Source: a virus
Taxonomy: Duplodnaviria > Caudoviricetes
Length of the DNA stretch: 64,000 bases
Strand: one strand, 5' to 3'
Virus record (IMG/VR): IMGVR_UViG_3300010167_001484
Coordinates: 96,001 to 160,000 of that record
In this document: one piece after another, positions 36,505-47,752 of the stretch
Layout of the letters: each line of letters begins with the position of its first letter
Position numbering within the stretch: position 1 is the first letter of the stretch
Program-made: the position numbers and the translations under genes
The notes under the pieces: model-generated
Told to the model about the DNA's origin: nothing
Seen by the model: the letters and a program-made list of their open reading frames with translations, nothing else
The model's database searches: none

Positions 36505-39500
36505 ATGGCAGATATTAGCGGAGATTTGATACATATACTGAATAATATGAATCAGTCACATAGTAACCAGCTTAGATCTCAACAACAATATTTATCTTCT
36601 ATAGAATCTACATTGAAACAAATTCTCCGGGGTGGTGGACGAATGTCTGCATCTAATGCAGAAAATATGATGCCTGGTTATGATAAAAATAGTATTTTCA
36701 ATAATCAGCCAGGAGATTATTTTAGGAATCAACGAGGTGGTCGAACTAATAGATCTGGGTTCTTAGATAGTTTTGAAAAATCTTTAATGGATGCTGTGCT
36801 TGGGAAAGATTTTCAAGATAGAATAAAGAAATCTTTAGGCGGATTTGCAGATAGTTTAGGTGTTAATATTAAAGACTTGCCTGGTGAATTAGGTAAGCGA
36901 TTAGGTGATAAAGCATTAGATTCTCTAAAAGGTACAGAATTTGGTAAAAATCTTCTTGGAAAGATTGGAAATTTAAAGAATCGAGGATTTTCTTTATTAG
37001 ATAATGTTTTAAAATCTGGTTCTAATTATTTAAGAACACCTTCAGGTAAAAGTAGTAAAGATAGTACTAGAGATGGTATCAAAGATGCATTTAGAGATCA
37101 AGCTCAAGATAAGATTTTTAATAAGATTAAACAAAGTCCACAGTATAATAAACTCAAGACACAAGGTATACAAAAAAGTAATCAACTTCTGAAACGTTCC
37201 ATAGGTAAGGGAGGTAAAGTAGGTAAAGTTGTTAGTAAAGTTCCTGGTATAGGTAAGATAGTAGGTGGAACTGCATTAAAATCTGGTGGTGCTGCTGCAG
37301 CTAGTGGTGCGGCAGCTGGAGGAGCTGCCGGTGGAGCTGCCGCAGCTGGTGGTGCAGCTGCTGGTGGAGCAGCGGCGGGTGCAGCTGGTGGTGCTGCCGC
37401 AGCTGGCGGAGCTGCTGCTGGGGCTGCAGGTTTAGCTGCTACAGCAAGTACTATATTTCCTCCGTTATTAGTAGTTGTAGGTGCATTAGTAGTTGTATTT
37501 AAAGTATTAGTTCCTCTAATAAAGGGTGCTGCAGAATATTATAAAGTTCTGAAGAAGATGGGCAAACGTGAAGAGGAATCAAAGAAGAAAAATTTAGAGT
37601 TCGCAAAGAAACGAATGGAAGCTGATATTACTTATATGATTGAGGAACCATTCAATATTCTTAAAGATGCCGTTGAGAGAGTTACATCTGTTTGGGATAA
37701 CCAATTAAGAAATATCAGTGCTACACAAGGTTATAATAAAGCTGAACTTCAAAATTTAATGGGGTCATTTGCTGATAGATTACGGAGTGAGAATTTATCA
37801 GATATGATTGCTGCTAGTGATATAACAGAGAATTTATCTAAAGTACTTGGTTCAGGTCTAAGTGGTCAAGTAGCTGAAGAATTTGCTTTTCTTGCAACTA
37901 AATTAAGTGCAGCTATACCTACACAAGATTTCTTTGGATATGCGGGAACATATGCTTCATTAGCAGCTAATGCTATAAGGTTAGGTAAATCTGAAGCTGA
38001 GGCAATTCAATATGCTAATCAGCAAATGGAATTATTTGCAAGTAATATTCTCTATGCGAGTCGTCAAATATCTGGAGGATTTACTACAGGATTAAAAGAT
38101 GCTCAATCTATATTTGATCAATCAGTTAGAATTGCACAAACTGGTAGATTTAGTGATCCATCTAGGATTGGCGGTGTTTTAACTTCTGTAGCGGCCATAA
38201 CTGGTTCTATTGCACCTGATTTGTCACAATCTATGATAGATGCTGTGATGAAAGCCGCTACAGGTGGTAATGCTTCTGAACTTGTAGCATTGAGATCACT
38301 TGCAGGTATAAATGCTTCTAATACAGAATTCTTGAGACAGCTAGCTGAAAATCCTCAAAAAATATTTAGTGATTTGTTTCAAGGTTTAGCTCATATGCAG
38401 AATATGTCTGAAAATGCTTGGATGGAAAATGCTGAAAATATTGCAAGTATATTTGGACTTTCGATGGATGCTATAGCGAGAGTGGATTTCAATTATCTTG
38501 CACAAGCAATCTCTAAAATGAATGTGAATAATGCTTCACTTGAAGAGAATATGAAATTACTCCGTTCAGGTGAAACTACAACATCTGCTGAACAACTTAA
38601 GATAGCTGAAATAAACAAAAAATTAATTGATGATGGTCTTTCTTATGTATTAGATAATGAGGCTGCAAGGGCAATTCAACAGAATATGTGGGATGAACAA
38701 CGTCATAGAGAAGCATTAGAGGCTGATTATGGTGTTGAATTAAAGGGAGCAGCTTTAGATTATATGGAAACAATTAAGAATGTTGTCGATAAAATTCGTA
38801 ATATTGTAAATCCTGCTAATTGGTTCAAGAAATCAGCTAATAAAAGGGCAACTAAACAAGAAGCTCGGGCTATGGATATAGACCTACGTCAGATGTTGGA
38901 GCTCGGTAAAGTAGGTAAAGGTAATTATCAATCCTTATATCAATTAACTACACGAAATGAAAATTTAAATATAATGCCAGGTCTAGTTGATATGATGGGA
39001 GGGTTTTCATTATATCAAGCAGCTAAGACAAAGAGAGAGATAGGTAATTCATTAGCAAGTGGTCAATTTGGTTTAGGTGGTTTATTATTTGGTTCACAAG
39101 GAGCTAACACTGGTGTAGGTTTAGGTCATCTTAATATGTTGAATGCTACTAATCGCCTTAATTTAATATCTACTTTATTCGGTAGTAGAGGCGGAGGTTC
39201 TAAATATAAATGGGGTACATTAGGTAAAACTGCAGCTTCTGAATTATCAGGTACAGGTGGTAATCAAGGTCCTGCATCAGGTGTATCTAATTTAGCTAAT
39301 GTTCCCTCAGGTACATCTTTAGCTCAAGCTAATGCTAATGCGAATATAGAGAGAATGTTAGATGATTTAGAAGGTAGATTACAGAAAGATAAAACATTAA
39401 CTTATGAAAAATGGGTAAAATCGGCAAGACAGTATGGTATATCTGATTTTAACGATGCTGCAGAAGCTGCAGGGTTCAGTGAGAATGAATTACGCGATTA

Positions 39501-40176
39501 TTTTATGACTAGAGAAACTGAGCAAGGTGCGGAAGAAAAGGCACGTAAAGAAGCTAAAGAAGAGCTTCATTGGGATAGATTAGTATTTGACGAGGACAGC
39601 TTATGGCATCTTACAGAATACGCTAATATGGTTCGTGATGAAATTTTTGAAGAATTAAAAGAATATCATCTAACATATACAAGTATGACACAATATGCAA
39701 ATGATGTTAGAGATGATTTTTATGCAGAATTTAAAGATTATCATGTAACATATAAGAATATGACTGCAACAACTCATAGTTGGTTATCTAAGATACACGA
39801 TACATTATTCACAGGTGATGGCCATCTAAAAAAATTACGTAATGAATTCTTCAATTTCCAAGATAAGTGGACTGCTTTCTATATACAGCAAACATGGCGA
39901 ACAGATTGGAGTAGCCAACTAAGTAGAGTAGAACAATTAAATGATATTAATCGTAGAGGTAGCAGAGAAGCAATATATGATCTTGCAGATCAACTTCTTC
40001 TAAATAATGAAGATTTGAGAAATCCAACAATGCAAACAAATGCACTTCTAGCTGAGATATTGAAGGTGTTGTCGACGATGATGATACAGCAAGCTAATCG
40101 CACGGATGGACTTTCACTCTTCGATACCTTGTCGGGAATGTCTTTGGGATTAACAAAAGCAACAACTTCTCCTTAG
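36505..40176 (+). CDS. Tape measure protein
   Basis: 1223 aa, helical, Ala-rich, hydrophobic segment, Gly/Ala tract; follows chaperones. Confidence 0.8.
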   Translation: MADISGDLIHILNNMNQSHSNQLRSQQQYLSSIESTLKQILRGGGRMSASNAENMMPGYDKNSIFNNQPGDYFRNQRGGRTNRSGFLDSFEKSLMDAVLGKDFQDRIKKSLGGFADSLGVNIKDLPGELGKRLGDKALDSLKGTEFGKNLLGKIGNLKNRGFSLLDNVLKSGSNYLRTPSGKSSKDSTRDGIKDAFRDQAQDKIFNKIKQSPQYNKLKTQGIQKSNQLLKRSIGKGGKVGKVVSKVPGIGKIVGGTALKSGGAAAASGAAAGGAAGGAAAAGGAAAGGAAAGAAGGAAAAGGAAAGAAGLAATASTIFPPLLVVVGALVVVFKVLVPLIKGAAEYYKVLKKMGKREEESKKKNLEFAKKRMEADITYMIEEPFNILKDAVERVTSVWDNQLRNISATQGYNKAELQNLMGSFADRLRSENLSDMIAASDITENLSKVLGSGLSGQVAEEFAFLATKLSAAIPTQDFFGYAGTYASLAANAIRLGKSEAEAIQYANQQMELFASNILYASRQISGGFTTGLKDAQSIFDQSVRIAQTGRFSDPSRIGGVLTSVAAITGSIAPDLSQSMIDAVMKAATGGNASELVALRSLAGINASNTEFLRQLAENPQKIFSDLFQGLAHMQNMSENAWMENAENIASIFGLSMDAIARVDFNYLAQAISKMNVNNASLEENMKLLRSGETTTSAEQLKIAEINKKLIDDGLSYVLDNEAARAIQQNMWDEQRHREALEADYGVELKGAALDYMETIKNVVDKIRNIVNPANWFKKSANKRATKQEARAMDIDLRQMLELGKVGKGNYQSLYQLTTRNENLNIMPGLVDMMGGFSLYQAAKTKREIGNSLASGQFGLGGLLFGSQGANTGVGLGHLNMLNATNRLNLISTLFGSRGGGSKYKWGTLGKTAASELSGTGGNQGPASGVSNLANVPSGTSLAQANANANIERMLDDLEGRLQKDKTLTYEKWVKSARQYGISDFNDAAEAAGFSENELRDYFMTRETEQGAEEKARKEAKEELHWDRLVFDEDSLWHLTEYANMVRDEIFEELKEYHLTYTSMTQYANDVRDDFYAEFKDYHVTYKNMTATTHSWLSKIHDTLFTGDGHLKKLRNEFFNFQDKWTAFYIQQTWRTDWSSQLSRVEQLNDINRRGSREAIYDLADQLLLNNEDLRNPTMQTNALLAEILKVLSTMMIQQANRTDGLSLFDTLSGMSLGLTKATTSP

Positions 40177-40213
40177 AATTTATTGATTAATTTGATGTGG
40201 AGAACGAGAATAT

Positions 40214-40504
40214 ATGAATCGACTAATTCGCTTATGTGAGCTAAAAAATATTTTAGCAGCTAGTAATAGATACGTGGTAAAAGAGCGTGGTAAGCACGCA
40301 GGCGTTAAAGCCAAGATCTTAAATCCATCTCAATATGAAGCTAAAAAGAATCGTCTTCATTATCAGGGAAATGATAGAAAGTATAATTATTATACTAAAC
40401 TTGGCAATGAACAGTATACTTGGGATTGGTACGCAGTTTTAATTAGAAAAGAAGATTCGGATGAATCAGTTGGTAGAAATACATTAGTGAAGAGATACAA
40501 ATAA
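40214..40504 (+). CDS. Basic hypothetical protein, MNRLIR leader variant
   Basis: ORF inserted in tail operon. Confidence 0.6.
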   Translation: MNRLIRLCELKNILAASNRYVVKERGKHAGVKAKILNPSQYEAKKNRLHYQGNDRKYNYYTKLGNEQYTWDWYAVLIRKEDSDESVGRNTLVKRYK

Positions 40505-40524
40505 ACCTGGAGGTAGTTTAAACC

Positions 40525-43500
40525 ATGAATTTTACATTATTCCAAGCAAGTACAACTAATATCTTTCCTATATCTAACACTGCTAAAGGTGGTCAATTGA
40601 TGACTGAATTTAATATTCGGTCAAGGGAAAGTGTTGGTGTAGGTCCAGTATCTAGAGAAAATGCAATAGAGTATCTGGTAGGACCTAGTTATACTAATAG
40701 TGAGTTAGATTATTACGTCAGACCTCAAATGGATAGTATTGGAGTTGTAATAGATCCTTCTGTTATTGAAATATTACCTGGTAGAGCTGTTGTGAACGGT
40801 CATTTTGTTCAAAATCTTGCTCCTATGGTTATTGATCTTAGAGATGCTAATGCATTGATAAAACAGAATCCTGATTTATATGGGGATGAGCTTATAGGTG
40901 ATTTAGCTGTAGGACTCAGAGCTATGTATGCAACAGAAGTAACTTTGTCAGGAACAATTAAACCTGAGGATGAAGATGGTTTCTATGCAGGGGTACAGGT
41001 TGTAATTTTACCTAGAACTACAGGACAACGTACAATTAGAACATTTAATCTACCTTCAGATGTGCCGAAAGATCAAAATTTGGTAACCGCTCATCTAGAG
41101 TTAGCAACATTTAATTATAGTAATGGTAGAATAACTGGAGCAAATGCTCAACAAACTACTAATCCTATAGTAAATTCTTCCATTAGATATAAGGTGATTG
41201 ATGGTAGCAGAATATCAAATGTTGACCAATTTCTAGGTGGTAGCTATATTACAAAAACAGGTTTGCAACCAGATAAAATATATGCAATGGCTGGTAGAGG
41301 TTCTGAAGAACAATCTACTTGGTGTGATATCACAAGTAATATTATGATCTGGGATAATAATCCTGATCCTTCTAAGGTGAATGATCCTGTACAAGCATTA
41401 GTTGGGGGCGAAGCTGAATTTGTTGCAAATATATCTGAATTTAAAGGTAAAACTAAATTTGTATTACCTAGAAAACAGATAGAAGGGATGCAAGGTTCAG
41501 ACGGTAATCCTAGATATTATTTACCTAAGGTGATAGATCTACCTCTAGCTGATTTTTTGAGAGGTACATCGGGTACAGTTGATAAAAAATATACAAATAA
41601 TGTTAAACGAGTTCTAAGGCAAGTACATGAAATTAGAACATTACAAACAGGTAAACAGAGAGTATATGTACCTCGTCTTTCTTCTAGAACAGTAACAAAT
41701 GCATGGATAGTGGAGGGAGCCTTACCTATAATAAATAATAACTGGAGACCTGGAGATTATGTATTAGTTGCGGAAGATTCTACTCTACAAAGTGCTGCAG
41801 ATACTGTGAGACCTCCGTCTTCTCTATATCCAGTGGTTCCAGGAGTTATACTAGATTTAGATTATGGTGGTGCAACTGATACTATTGAAAAAATTCCTGC
41901 TGTATTTCAGCAAGTACAAGAAGCTACTATTAAACCTACACCTAATGCTAAATTTATAGGAGCTATAGGTGGCACAGTTACCCCTGGAGTTCATCATACA
42001 CATAAGTTAGATGTTGTATCGGAACATACACATCCAGTTTCAGAAGAAGCTTTCCATACACATAATCTAGATACAATGGCTATACAGGTAGGTTCTCAAA
42101 ATTTCACAGGTACAATTAGTGCAAAAAATGAGCCATTTATAGGTGTTGAACTCGCTAGAGTGGTTGAATCTGGTAGACCTCCAATATCTTATAGTCCTGA
42201 AGATAAAGAACAGATTAGAGATATGTTTGGTATACCAAATCCTGATGATATGGTGTGTCCAATATGTAGTGCAGATGCAGGTTATTTACAAGGTATAGTT
42301 GGTCAAGATTATGTAATTTATGAAGATTCATCTGTACCACTTTCGTCTGATTTAACTATAGTATATTCTGTAAGAATGTTAGATGATATGTTGGCATTAC
42401 CTGCAGAGATAGATGATATTGTTACTGTAGCTGAGGATAACAAATGCTATAGACTCAATGTAACTCCTCCCGGATATACTCCGGGTGGTATGAATACTAT
42501 ACAATCGAATTGGGTAGAAATAGTAGGTCTTACAAGACCTGAGGCTCTAGGATTAAGGTATCATTGGTTTAGAGTTTCTGTATCTGGTCCTAATCTATAT
42601 GCTTCTGAGCCGGTTATACTAACAGGTGAAATTGGATTAGCGTCTGAAAACAAAGTAGGAGGATTCTTAAATGTAGAAGATACTTATCTAGATCAAGGAT
42701 ATGTTAGAATGAATGATGAAGGTCATCTACAATTGATGGATTATGGATTACTTCGTTCAGGTGCATTAGCTTATCAATTAGGTGAAGATTTTCATTCACC
42801 TGTAGGTATTGTTAATAGTGATATACAATTATATCTAGATGAATATGTGAATAGACGTGTTGTATTCCCTAATTGGAATCAAGAACAGTATGCAGATGAT
42901 CCCAATGTTATACATATTTATCTCAATGTTTCTGAGGGTCCAGAACCTAGTCAAATAAACATATTTGATATAGATAGTAGATTTAATTCTTCTATATATA
43001 TTCATATCAATGGTGTTGCTAGCAATCTAGTTGTTATAAATATTAGTGATTGTGCTAAAGTTAGAATTGATCCTAATATAGCTGGAGGAGATAGCGGACC
43101 AATAATAAATCTGTATAGGTCAAATTTATATTATGATGCTCAAGTGTTGAATAGGTTAAACATCATAAGTGACTTAAGACTTTGGTATGAAAGATTTGAT
43201 GAGTTAGATTCCGATTTACTTATAGATGGTATGACTGTACGAGAGGTAGGTAATCCCATTATACCACAAGGTACTATCGAATATAATTTCTGGGATATAG
43301 AACAGCCTAATGATAATCATTTTCAATCAGCTCTAAGGAGTTTAACATTTGGAAAAGATGGTACAATCATAGGTTGGGAAGTTTTAGTTAAGAATGATTC
43401 TACTGTTAATATTGTCAGAGGTAACAATCAGAATCGTGTTACAAAGATATTTTCATTCCCATTTACAATACCGCAAGGTTCTGGATTCACATATCCTACA

Positions 43501-43779
43501 AAACGTGTTACAAAACCATTAAAAGTTACAGGTAACTTTGTAAATGCATATAAGATTGACTTAGAAACTACAAGTCCTTATATAGTTCTAAATACTAGTT
43601 TCACAATACTCAGTCAAGTATATAATGCATATAATTCAGAACAGAGCATAACAGGTACGATATCTTTCTTCCAAGATATTATTGAAGTTAATGCTCAAGA
43701 TGTTACACATATAGGTACACCTGTGACGGGCTGGGATAGTGGGGAGTTCCACATTTTCCAAGGAGGCGCGCTGACCTGA
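40525..43779 (+). CDS. Large virion structural protein (tail/baseplate)
   Basis: 1084 aa, beta-rich; IEILPGRAVVNGH; short HxH insert. Confidence 0.6.
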   Translation: MNFTLFQASTTNIFPISNTAKGGQLMTEFNIRSRESVGVGPVSRENAIEYLVGPSYTNSELDYYVRPQMDSIGVVIDPSVIEILPGRAVVNGHFVQNLAPMVIDLRDANALIKQNPDLYGDELIGDLAVGLRAMYATEVTLSGTIKPEDEDGFYAGVQVVILPRTTGQRTIRTFNLPSDVPKDQNLVTAHLELATFNYSNGRITGANAQQTTNPIVNSSIRYKVIDGSRISNVDQFLGGSYITKTGLQPDKIYAMAGRGSEEQSTWCDITSNIMIWDNNPDPSKVNDPVQALVGGEAEFVANISEFKGKTKFVLPRKQIEGMQGSDGNPRYYLPKVIDLPLADFLRGTSGTVDKKYTNNVKRVLRQVHEIRTLQTGKQRVYVPRLSSRTVTNAWIVEGALPIINNNWRPGDYVLVAEDSTLQSAADTVRPPSSLYPVVPGVILDLDYGGATDTIEKIPAVFQQVQEATIKPTPNAKFIGAIGGTVTPGVHHTHKLDVVSEHTHPVSEEAFHTHNLDTMAIQVGSQNFTGTISAKNEPFIGVELARVVESGRPPISYSPEDKEQIRDMFGIPNPDDMVCPICSADAGYLQGIVGQDYVIYEDSSVPLSSDLTIVYSVRMLDDMLALPAEIDDIVTVAEDNKCYRLNVTPPGYTPGGMNTIQSNWVEIVGLTRPEALGLRYHWFRVSVSGPNLYASEPVILTGEIGLASENKVGGFLNVEDTYLDQGYVRMNDEGHLQLMDYGLLRSGALAYQLGEDFHSPVGIVNSDIQLYLDEYVNRRVVFPNWNQEQYADDPNVIHIYLNVSEGPEPSQINIFDIDSRFNSSIYIHINGVASNLVVINISDCAKVRIDPNIAGGDSGPIINLYRSNLYYDAQVLNRLNIISDLRLWYERFDELDSDLLIDGMTVREVGNPIIPQGTIEYNFWDIEQPNDNHFQSALRSLTFGKDGTIIGWEVLVKNDSTVNIVRGNNQNRVTKIFSFPFTIPQGSGFTYPTKRVTKPLKVTGNFVNAYKIDLETTSPYIVLNTSFTILSQVYNAYNSEQSITGTISFFQDIIEVNAQDVTHIGTPVTGWDSGEFHIFQGGALT

Positions 43780-43784
43780 GTAAA

Positions 43785-43884
43785 TCGTATAAATATACGA
43801 AGTTTTCGTATAAATATACGAAAGTTGAGTCTTGCCCATAGCGATTCGCACATACCTTCAAATAATTCGTATATTTATACGAAA
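43785..43884. repeat. Three copies of quasi-palindrome TCGTATA-WW-TATACGA
   Basis: 43785-43800, 43804-43823, and inverted at 43866-43883. Confidence 0.9.
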
Positions 43885-43912
43885 TAGTCAATACCATCTG
43901 GAGGAGTATTTG

Positions 43913-44689
43913 ATGAGTTTGATACATGATCTTATAAAGATGAAGTATGTAAATGAGGGATATTTGCCAAATTATCCTTATCATTTGATAAGTGATGATG
44001 AAATGTGTGATGCTTTTATAAGATTAACTCAAGATGATATAGATAAAAATGGAAATCCTACAGGAACTTATACCTATAAAGGATATTTCTTCATGATGTA
44101 TCCATTACTTGATCTAGAGTTAAATCATGAAGACGGTTCTGATGAAATAGAACCTATGGCATATAGTAATCTTGTGAAAGCTATACATTATCATATATAT
44201 TCATTTAAGAATCGTACAGCAGATCATGCTATATTACCTGATTGGATTTATAGTTATATGTTAGGTCCAGTAATAAGTGTGTCTAGTCCTATTCCAGATA
44301 TCCATGATGTTATTGAACCAATCGATGCTGATAATGAAGATGATTTCTTTGAAGGGTATCAATCAATAGCTTGTTATAAAGTTAGTAGGGATTGGAATCA
44401 TAGAGTTGTTCATAAAGAAGAAGCTCGATTTTTTCCTTTAAGGTTGAATAATACAAAAGTAGATATTCTTTTACACCCTGAGTGGCTTGCCCCTCAAATT
44501 GATGAATCAATAATTGAAGACGGTGTTATTATTAGGTATACTGGAGATGGTTTAGCAAATGATAAAGGTCAAATGGTATATACTCCTAATTTGATAAATC
44601 TTCGTCCACCTACAATGTTTGGTGAACCTCATGTTGTTAAGGCGATACGCATTAGTATGTTAGATCCTATGATGGAGAGTATTATATGA
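43913..44689 (+). CDS. Hypothetical tail-region protein
   Basis: GGAGGAG SD before start at 43910/43913. Confidence 0.7.
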   Translation: MSLIHDLIKMKYVNEGYLPNYPYHLISDDEMCDAFIRLTQDDIDKNGNPTGTYTYKGYFFMMYPLLDLELNHEDGSDEIEPMAYSNLVKAIHYHIYSFKNRTADHAILPDWIYSYMLGPVISVSSPIPDIHDVIEPIDADNEDDFFEGYQSIACYKVSRDWNHRVVHKEEARFFPLRLNNTKVDILLHPEWLAPQIDESIIEDGVIIRYTGDGLANDKGQMVYTPNLINLRPPTMFGEPHVVKAIRISMLDPMMESII

Positions 44690-45678
44690 AATTTTTAAAT
44701 ATAAATTTTAAAGAAACTTTAAGCTCTTTAGCAAATAAAGTAGGACAAAGAAATGTTCAAGATATATTGAATGTTAATAGTTTGGAACGGATACCTGCAA
44801 TAGGTAAACAATTACAATCTATTCAAAATTCTTTTATCAATGGACCTATAGTATCTGTAGAGAGAAAATCTGCAATATTGAATACTTTAACAGGAAACAC
44901 AGATATATTTGAAAAAGCTGCATTAGCTTCTGAGAAAGATTGGAAGGTGTTATCAGGTTTCGGTTCATTCTTAGGTTCATTGATGATACCTGAAGCTGTT
45001 AAGATAGCAGATTCTGTAAATCTATTAGGTAATAATCAATTTGTACCTAAAGGTATATATGAAAAAACTATACAATCTCTTATCAAAGTAGGTAATATAG
45101 ATGCTGCGATATTCAATGAATTTAGCACAAGACGAGATGCTCAAGTTGTAAATGTAGCTGGTGTAGGTAATCCTATGCAATGGTTTAATCTACCTTGGGG
45201 GAAGATAACATTATATTCGTCATTAGGTGGAGATTCTATTGATTTTCCATGTTATCCGGAAGAATATAATGATGGTGTTTCTGCATCTTATGATACAATG
45301 CCTGATATGTTATATCAATTCGAACCTTGGTATTTATTCAAGAGTTCTGGGCCAAGATCTAATAGCTATTCTTTTAAGTTTCATCGAGATCTGTGGAGCG
45401 GAGATCATAGAGATGGAAAAGCTAATCAGTTAATCACTTTTTGTAAAGCAAATTGTTATCCGGAATTCAAAGGAGCTACGGTCAATTCTGCAATTGTTAT
45501 ATTATTCATTGCGGGTAAACCACATATAAGAGGTGTGATGACTTCTGTGAAAGATTCTTGGTCAGGACCTATCGGTATAGATGGTAAACATCTAGTTTGT
45601 GAATTGACAATAGATATAACAGAAGTTTCTGAAAGACCTTTGAATTATGCTGTAGTACGTAGACTGGAGATGATATAA
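44686..45678 (+). CDS. Putative tail-tube initiator/baseplate protein
   Basis: C-terminal FP.YP...D...sY.......P...F..SGPR..S.SF pattern. Confidence 0.55.
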   Translation: MKFLNINFKETLSSLANKVGQRNVQDILNVNSLERIPAIGKQLQSIQNSFINGPIVSVERKSAILNTLTGNTDIFEKAALASEKDWKVLSGFGSFLGSLMIPEAVKIADSVNLLGNNQFVPKGIYEKTIQSLIKVGNIDAAIFNEFSTRRDAQVVNVAGVGNPMQWFNLPWGKITLYSSLGGDSIDFPCYPEEYNDGVSASYDTMPDMLYQFEPWYLFKSSGPRSNSYSFKFHRDLWSGDHRDGKANQLITFCKANCYPEFKGATVNSAIVILFIAGKPHIRGVMTSVKDSWSGPIGIDGKHLVCELTIDITEVSERPLNYAVVRRLEMI

Positions 45679-45679
45679 G

Positions 45680-46123
45680 ATGGGTATACAACCTAAACCA
45701 ATTCAATATAATACATTGATACCTTATAAGGAAATTTCAGCATCTCCTATTATTTATTCAGTTTGTAAGGATTTTGATCATATATCTAGGCATAAAAGTT
45801 TAAGGCAGATTGCACATAATCCTTTAGAAATGGATGAGAGGTTCATTGCATTAGAAACTCCTAATCCTATAACAACATATTCAACTTTTGTATATTATGA
45901 TGTACCTAAGGTAGAAGAGGATCGTCTAGATATAATAGCTCAGAAATTTTTTGGTTCTGCTCAATATTCTTGGGTTATTGCATATTTCAATGATATAGAT
46001 GATGGTTTCACTGTACATGAGGGGCAAAGGTTACGTATATTGAAGCAATTTACTGCACTTTTTAGTAAAAATGAGATATTAGCTCCGATACCCGCGATGA
46101 CATTAAACCTTGGTACGGAATAA
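45680..46123 (+). CDS. Baseplate wedge LysM-like protein (gp53-like)
   Basis: DRLDIIAQKFFGSAQYSWVIAYFNDI. Confidence 0.75.
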   Translation: MGIQPKPIQYNTLIPYKEISASPIIYSVCKDFDHISRHKSLRQIAHNPLEMDERFIALETPNPITTYSTFVYYDVPKVEEDRLDIIAQKFFGSAQYSWVIAYFNDIDDGFTVHEGQRLRILKQFTALFSKNEILAPIPAMTLNLGTE

Positions 46124-46134
46124 GAGGTATCAAT

Positions 46135-46512
46135 ATGAAGCATTTGAAAATTATAAATAATATAACAGGCCATATATGTGATGCAGGTACATTCAGTGAT
46201 GCAGCTATTTCAGCTACTTTACAGGATTTTAAATATTGTGAGAAAACTAATAGATATGAACAAAGAAAAATTCCTATAGTTTATCAAGTTGGTGATTCTG
46301 CTCCTAGTGCTAAAATTAAGAAAGATTTATCTATAACATCGGATTTCAGACAGTTATTTAGATTAAATATAGATACAGATGAGATTTTAGATTGTGGGTG
46401 GGTTTTGCCTGAGAGTTTAGGTTCTATATTGAAGGGATTCAAATTAGTAACTATTAATAATAATACATGGTATGAGAAATTACACGGTAAGTTTGTATAT
46501 GAGGTATCATAA
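46135..46512 (+). CDS. Hypothetical protein
   Basis: ORF with GAGG SD. Confidence 0.6.
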   Translation: MKHLKIINNITGHICDAGTFSDAAISATLQDFKYCEKTNRYEQRKIPIVYQVGDSAPSAKIKKDLSITSDFRQLFRLNIDTDEILDCGWVLPESLGSILKGFKLVTINNNTWYEKLHGKFVYEVS

Positions 46513-46838
46513 TGGTAGATATGTCAAGTGTAGCAATAATGAGAGAAGCGCGTAATGCTGCTAAGCGATATACTAAAGAATTAGTTTCGCAACATTTAAA
46601 ATATTGTTTGGATAGTATTGGATATTATCAAGAAGATACGCGTAAATCAGGCTTTCAGTATTTAGATCAAATTCTTAAAAGTGAATTCACAGATGGCTTG
46701 CCTAGGCCTATGAGTACATCTAAAAGAGAGATTAGAGCATTGTCTGTAGAAGATTTTTATGCTTGGTGTAATAATGTTCAGATAATTGGAGCTGTTAAGG
46801 AAGCTATAAGATATTCAAGTATGCTTAGAGGTGTATAG
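46512..46838 (+). CDS. Hypothetical protein
   Basis: TAATG-coupled ORF. Confidence 0.6.
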   Translation: MVDMSSVAIMREARNAAKRYTKELVSQHLKYCLDSIGYYQEDTRKSGFQYLDQILKSEFTDGLPRPMSTSKREIRALSVEDFYAWCNNVQIIGAVKEAIRYSSMLRGV

Positions 46839-47082
46839 TATGAAGAAGTATGAAGAACCTGTAAAACAACGTTCTAGATATAAGAAAGATGGTACACGTG
46901 TTTCGCCTAATTCTGTTGAAGATTATTTTAAATCAGCACGACTAACTCCTGAACAGTGGGAGAAACGTGATAAACGTCAAGCATTGTGGAATATTGTGAT
47001 GGGGGTACTTATGTTTGCTATCACAGCTATTGTAGTATGTTGGCTTGTTTGTATGTTTATGGAAGGTGTGATGTTCAAATGA
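46831..47082 (+). CDS. Small membrane protein
   Basis: C-terminal hydrophobic helix. Confidence 0.6.
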   Translation: MYSMKKYEEPVKQRSRYKKDGTRVSPNSVEDYFKSARLTPEQWEKRDKRQALWNIVMGVLMFAITAIVVCWLVCMFMEGVMFK

Positions 47083-47744
47083 ATACTTATAGTTTTATTT
47101 TATTATTAATATTGTGTAGTACAGCTTTAGTTCTAGCTGTGTATGCATTACTTCAACTTATAAGAAAGAAGGATTTAGCGTTCATGAAAGTATTGTTATA
47201 CAAGGTGAGTGGTAGAGAGCAGAAGTATAGAAGTTATTTGAAAAAACATATAAAGAATACTATTGATGTTTGGAAAGACGTTTTAAGACCTGCTGTAGCA
47301 TCTGATTTAGATCAAGATTTATTAAGTGAAGTAGATGCTTTGATTGCATCACACGATGAATCTAAGTATGATGATTTAGAGTGGCAAGGATATTTAGATA
47401 ATTTTTATCCAGCGGATGAACCATCTTTAACTAAAGAAGAGGTAGAAATTCAATTCAAATACGCATGGTTACATCATCAGCATCTCAATGAACATCATTG
47501 GCAATATTGGGTGTTGATGGAAGATGATAATCCAGGTAAACCTGAGCCACTTGATATGCCGATTCAGCATGTATTGTGTATGTTAGCAGATTGGGCATCA
47601 TTTCGTTATGGTGAACGGTTGAATACTAAATATGATGGTGAATTTAATTCCACTCGTGAATGGTATGATGCAAATAAAGAAAAACAAATCATGACAGATA
47701 ATACTCGTGAATTAGTAGAAAAATATATTGATTTGTTACCTTGA
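47079..47744 (+). CDS. DUF5662-like HD-domain protein
   Basis: HDESKY...AWLHHQHLNEHHWQYW...DMP...MLADW. Confidence 0.7.
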   Translation: MNTYSFILLLILCSTALVLAVYALLQLIRKKDLAFMKVLLYKVSGREQKYRSYLKKHIKNTIDVWKDVLRPAVASDLDQDLLSEVDALIASHDESKYDDLEWQGYLDNFYPADEPSLTKEEVEIQFKYAWLHHQHLNEHHWQYWVLMEDDNPGKPEPLDMPIQHVLCMLADWASFRYGERLNTKYDGEFNSTREWYDANKEKQIMTDNTRELVEKYIDLLP

Positions 47745-47752
47745 GGTATTAA

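Noticed and set aside
37285-37440. GC-rich Gly/Ala repeat in the tape measure as a foreign insert
   Set aside because: In-frame low-complexity tract of a kind common in tape measure proteins.
43785-43884. Genuine loxP site or vector contamination
   Set aside because: Spacer is 2 bp, arms are incomplete and flanks are continuous phage genes.
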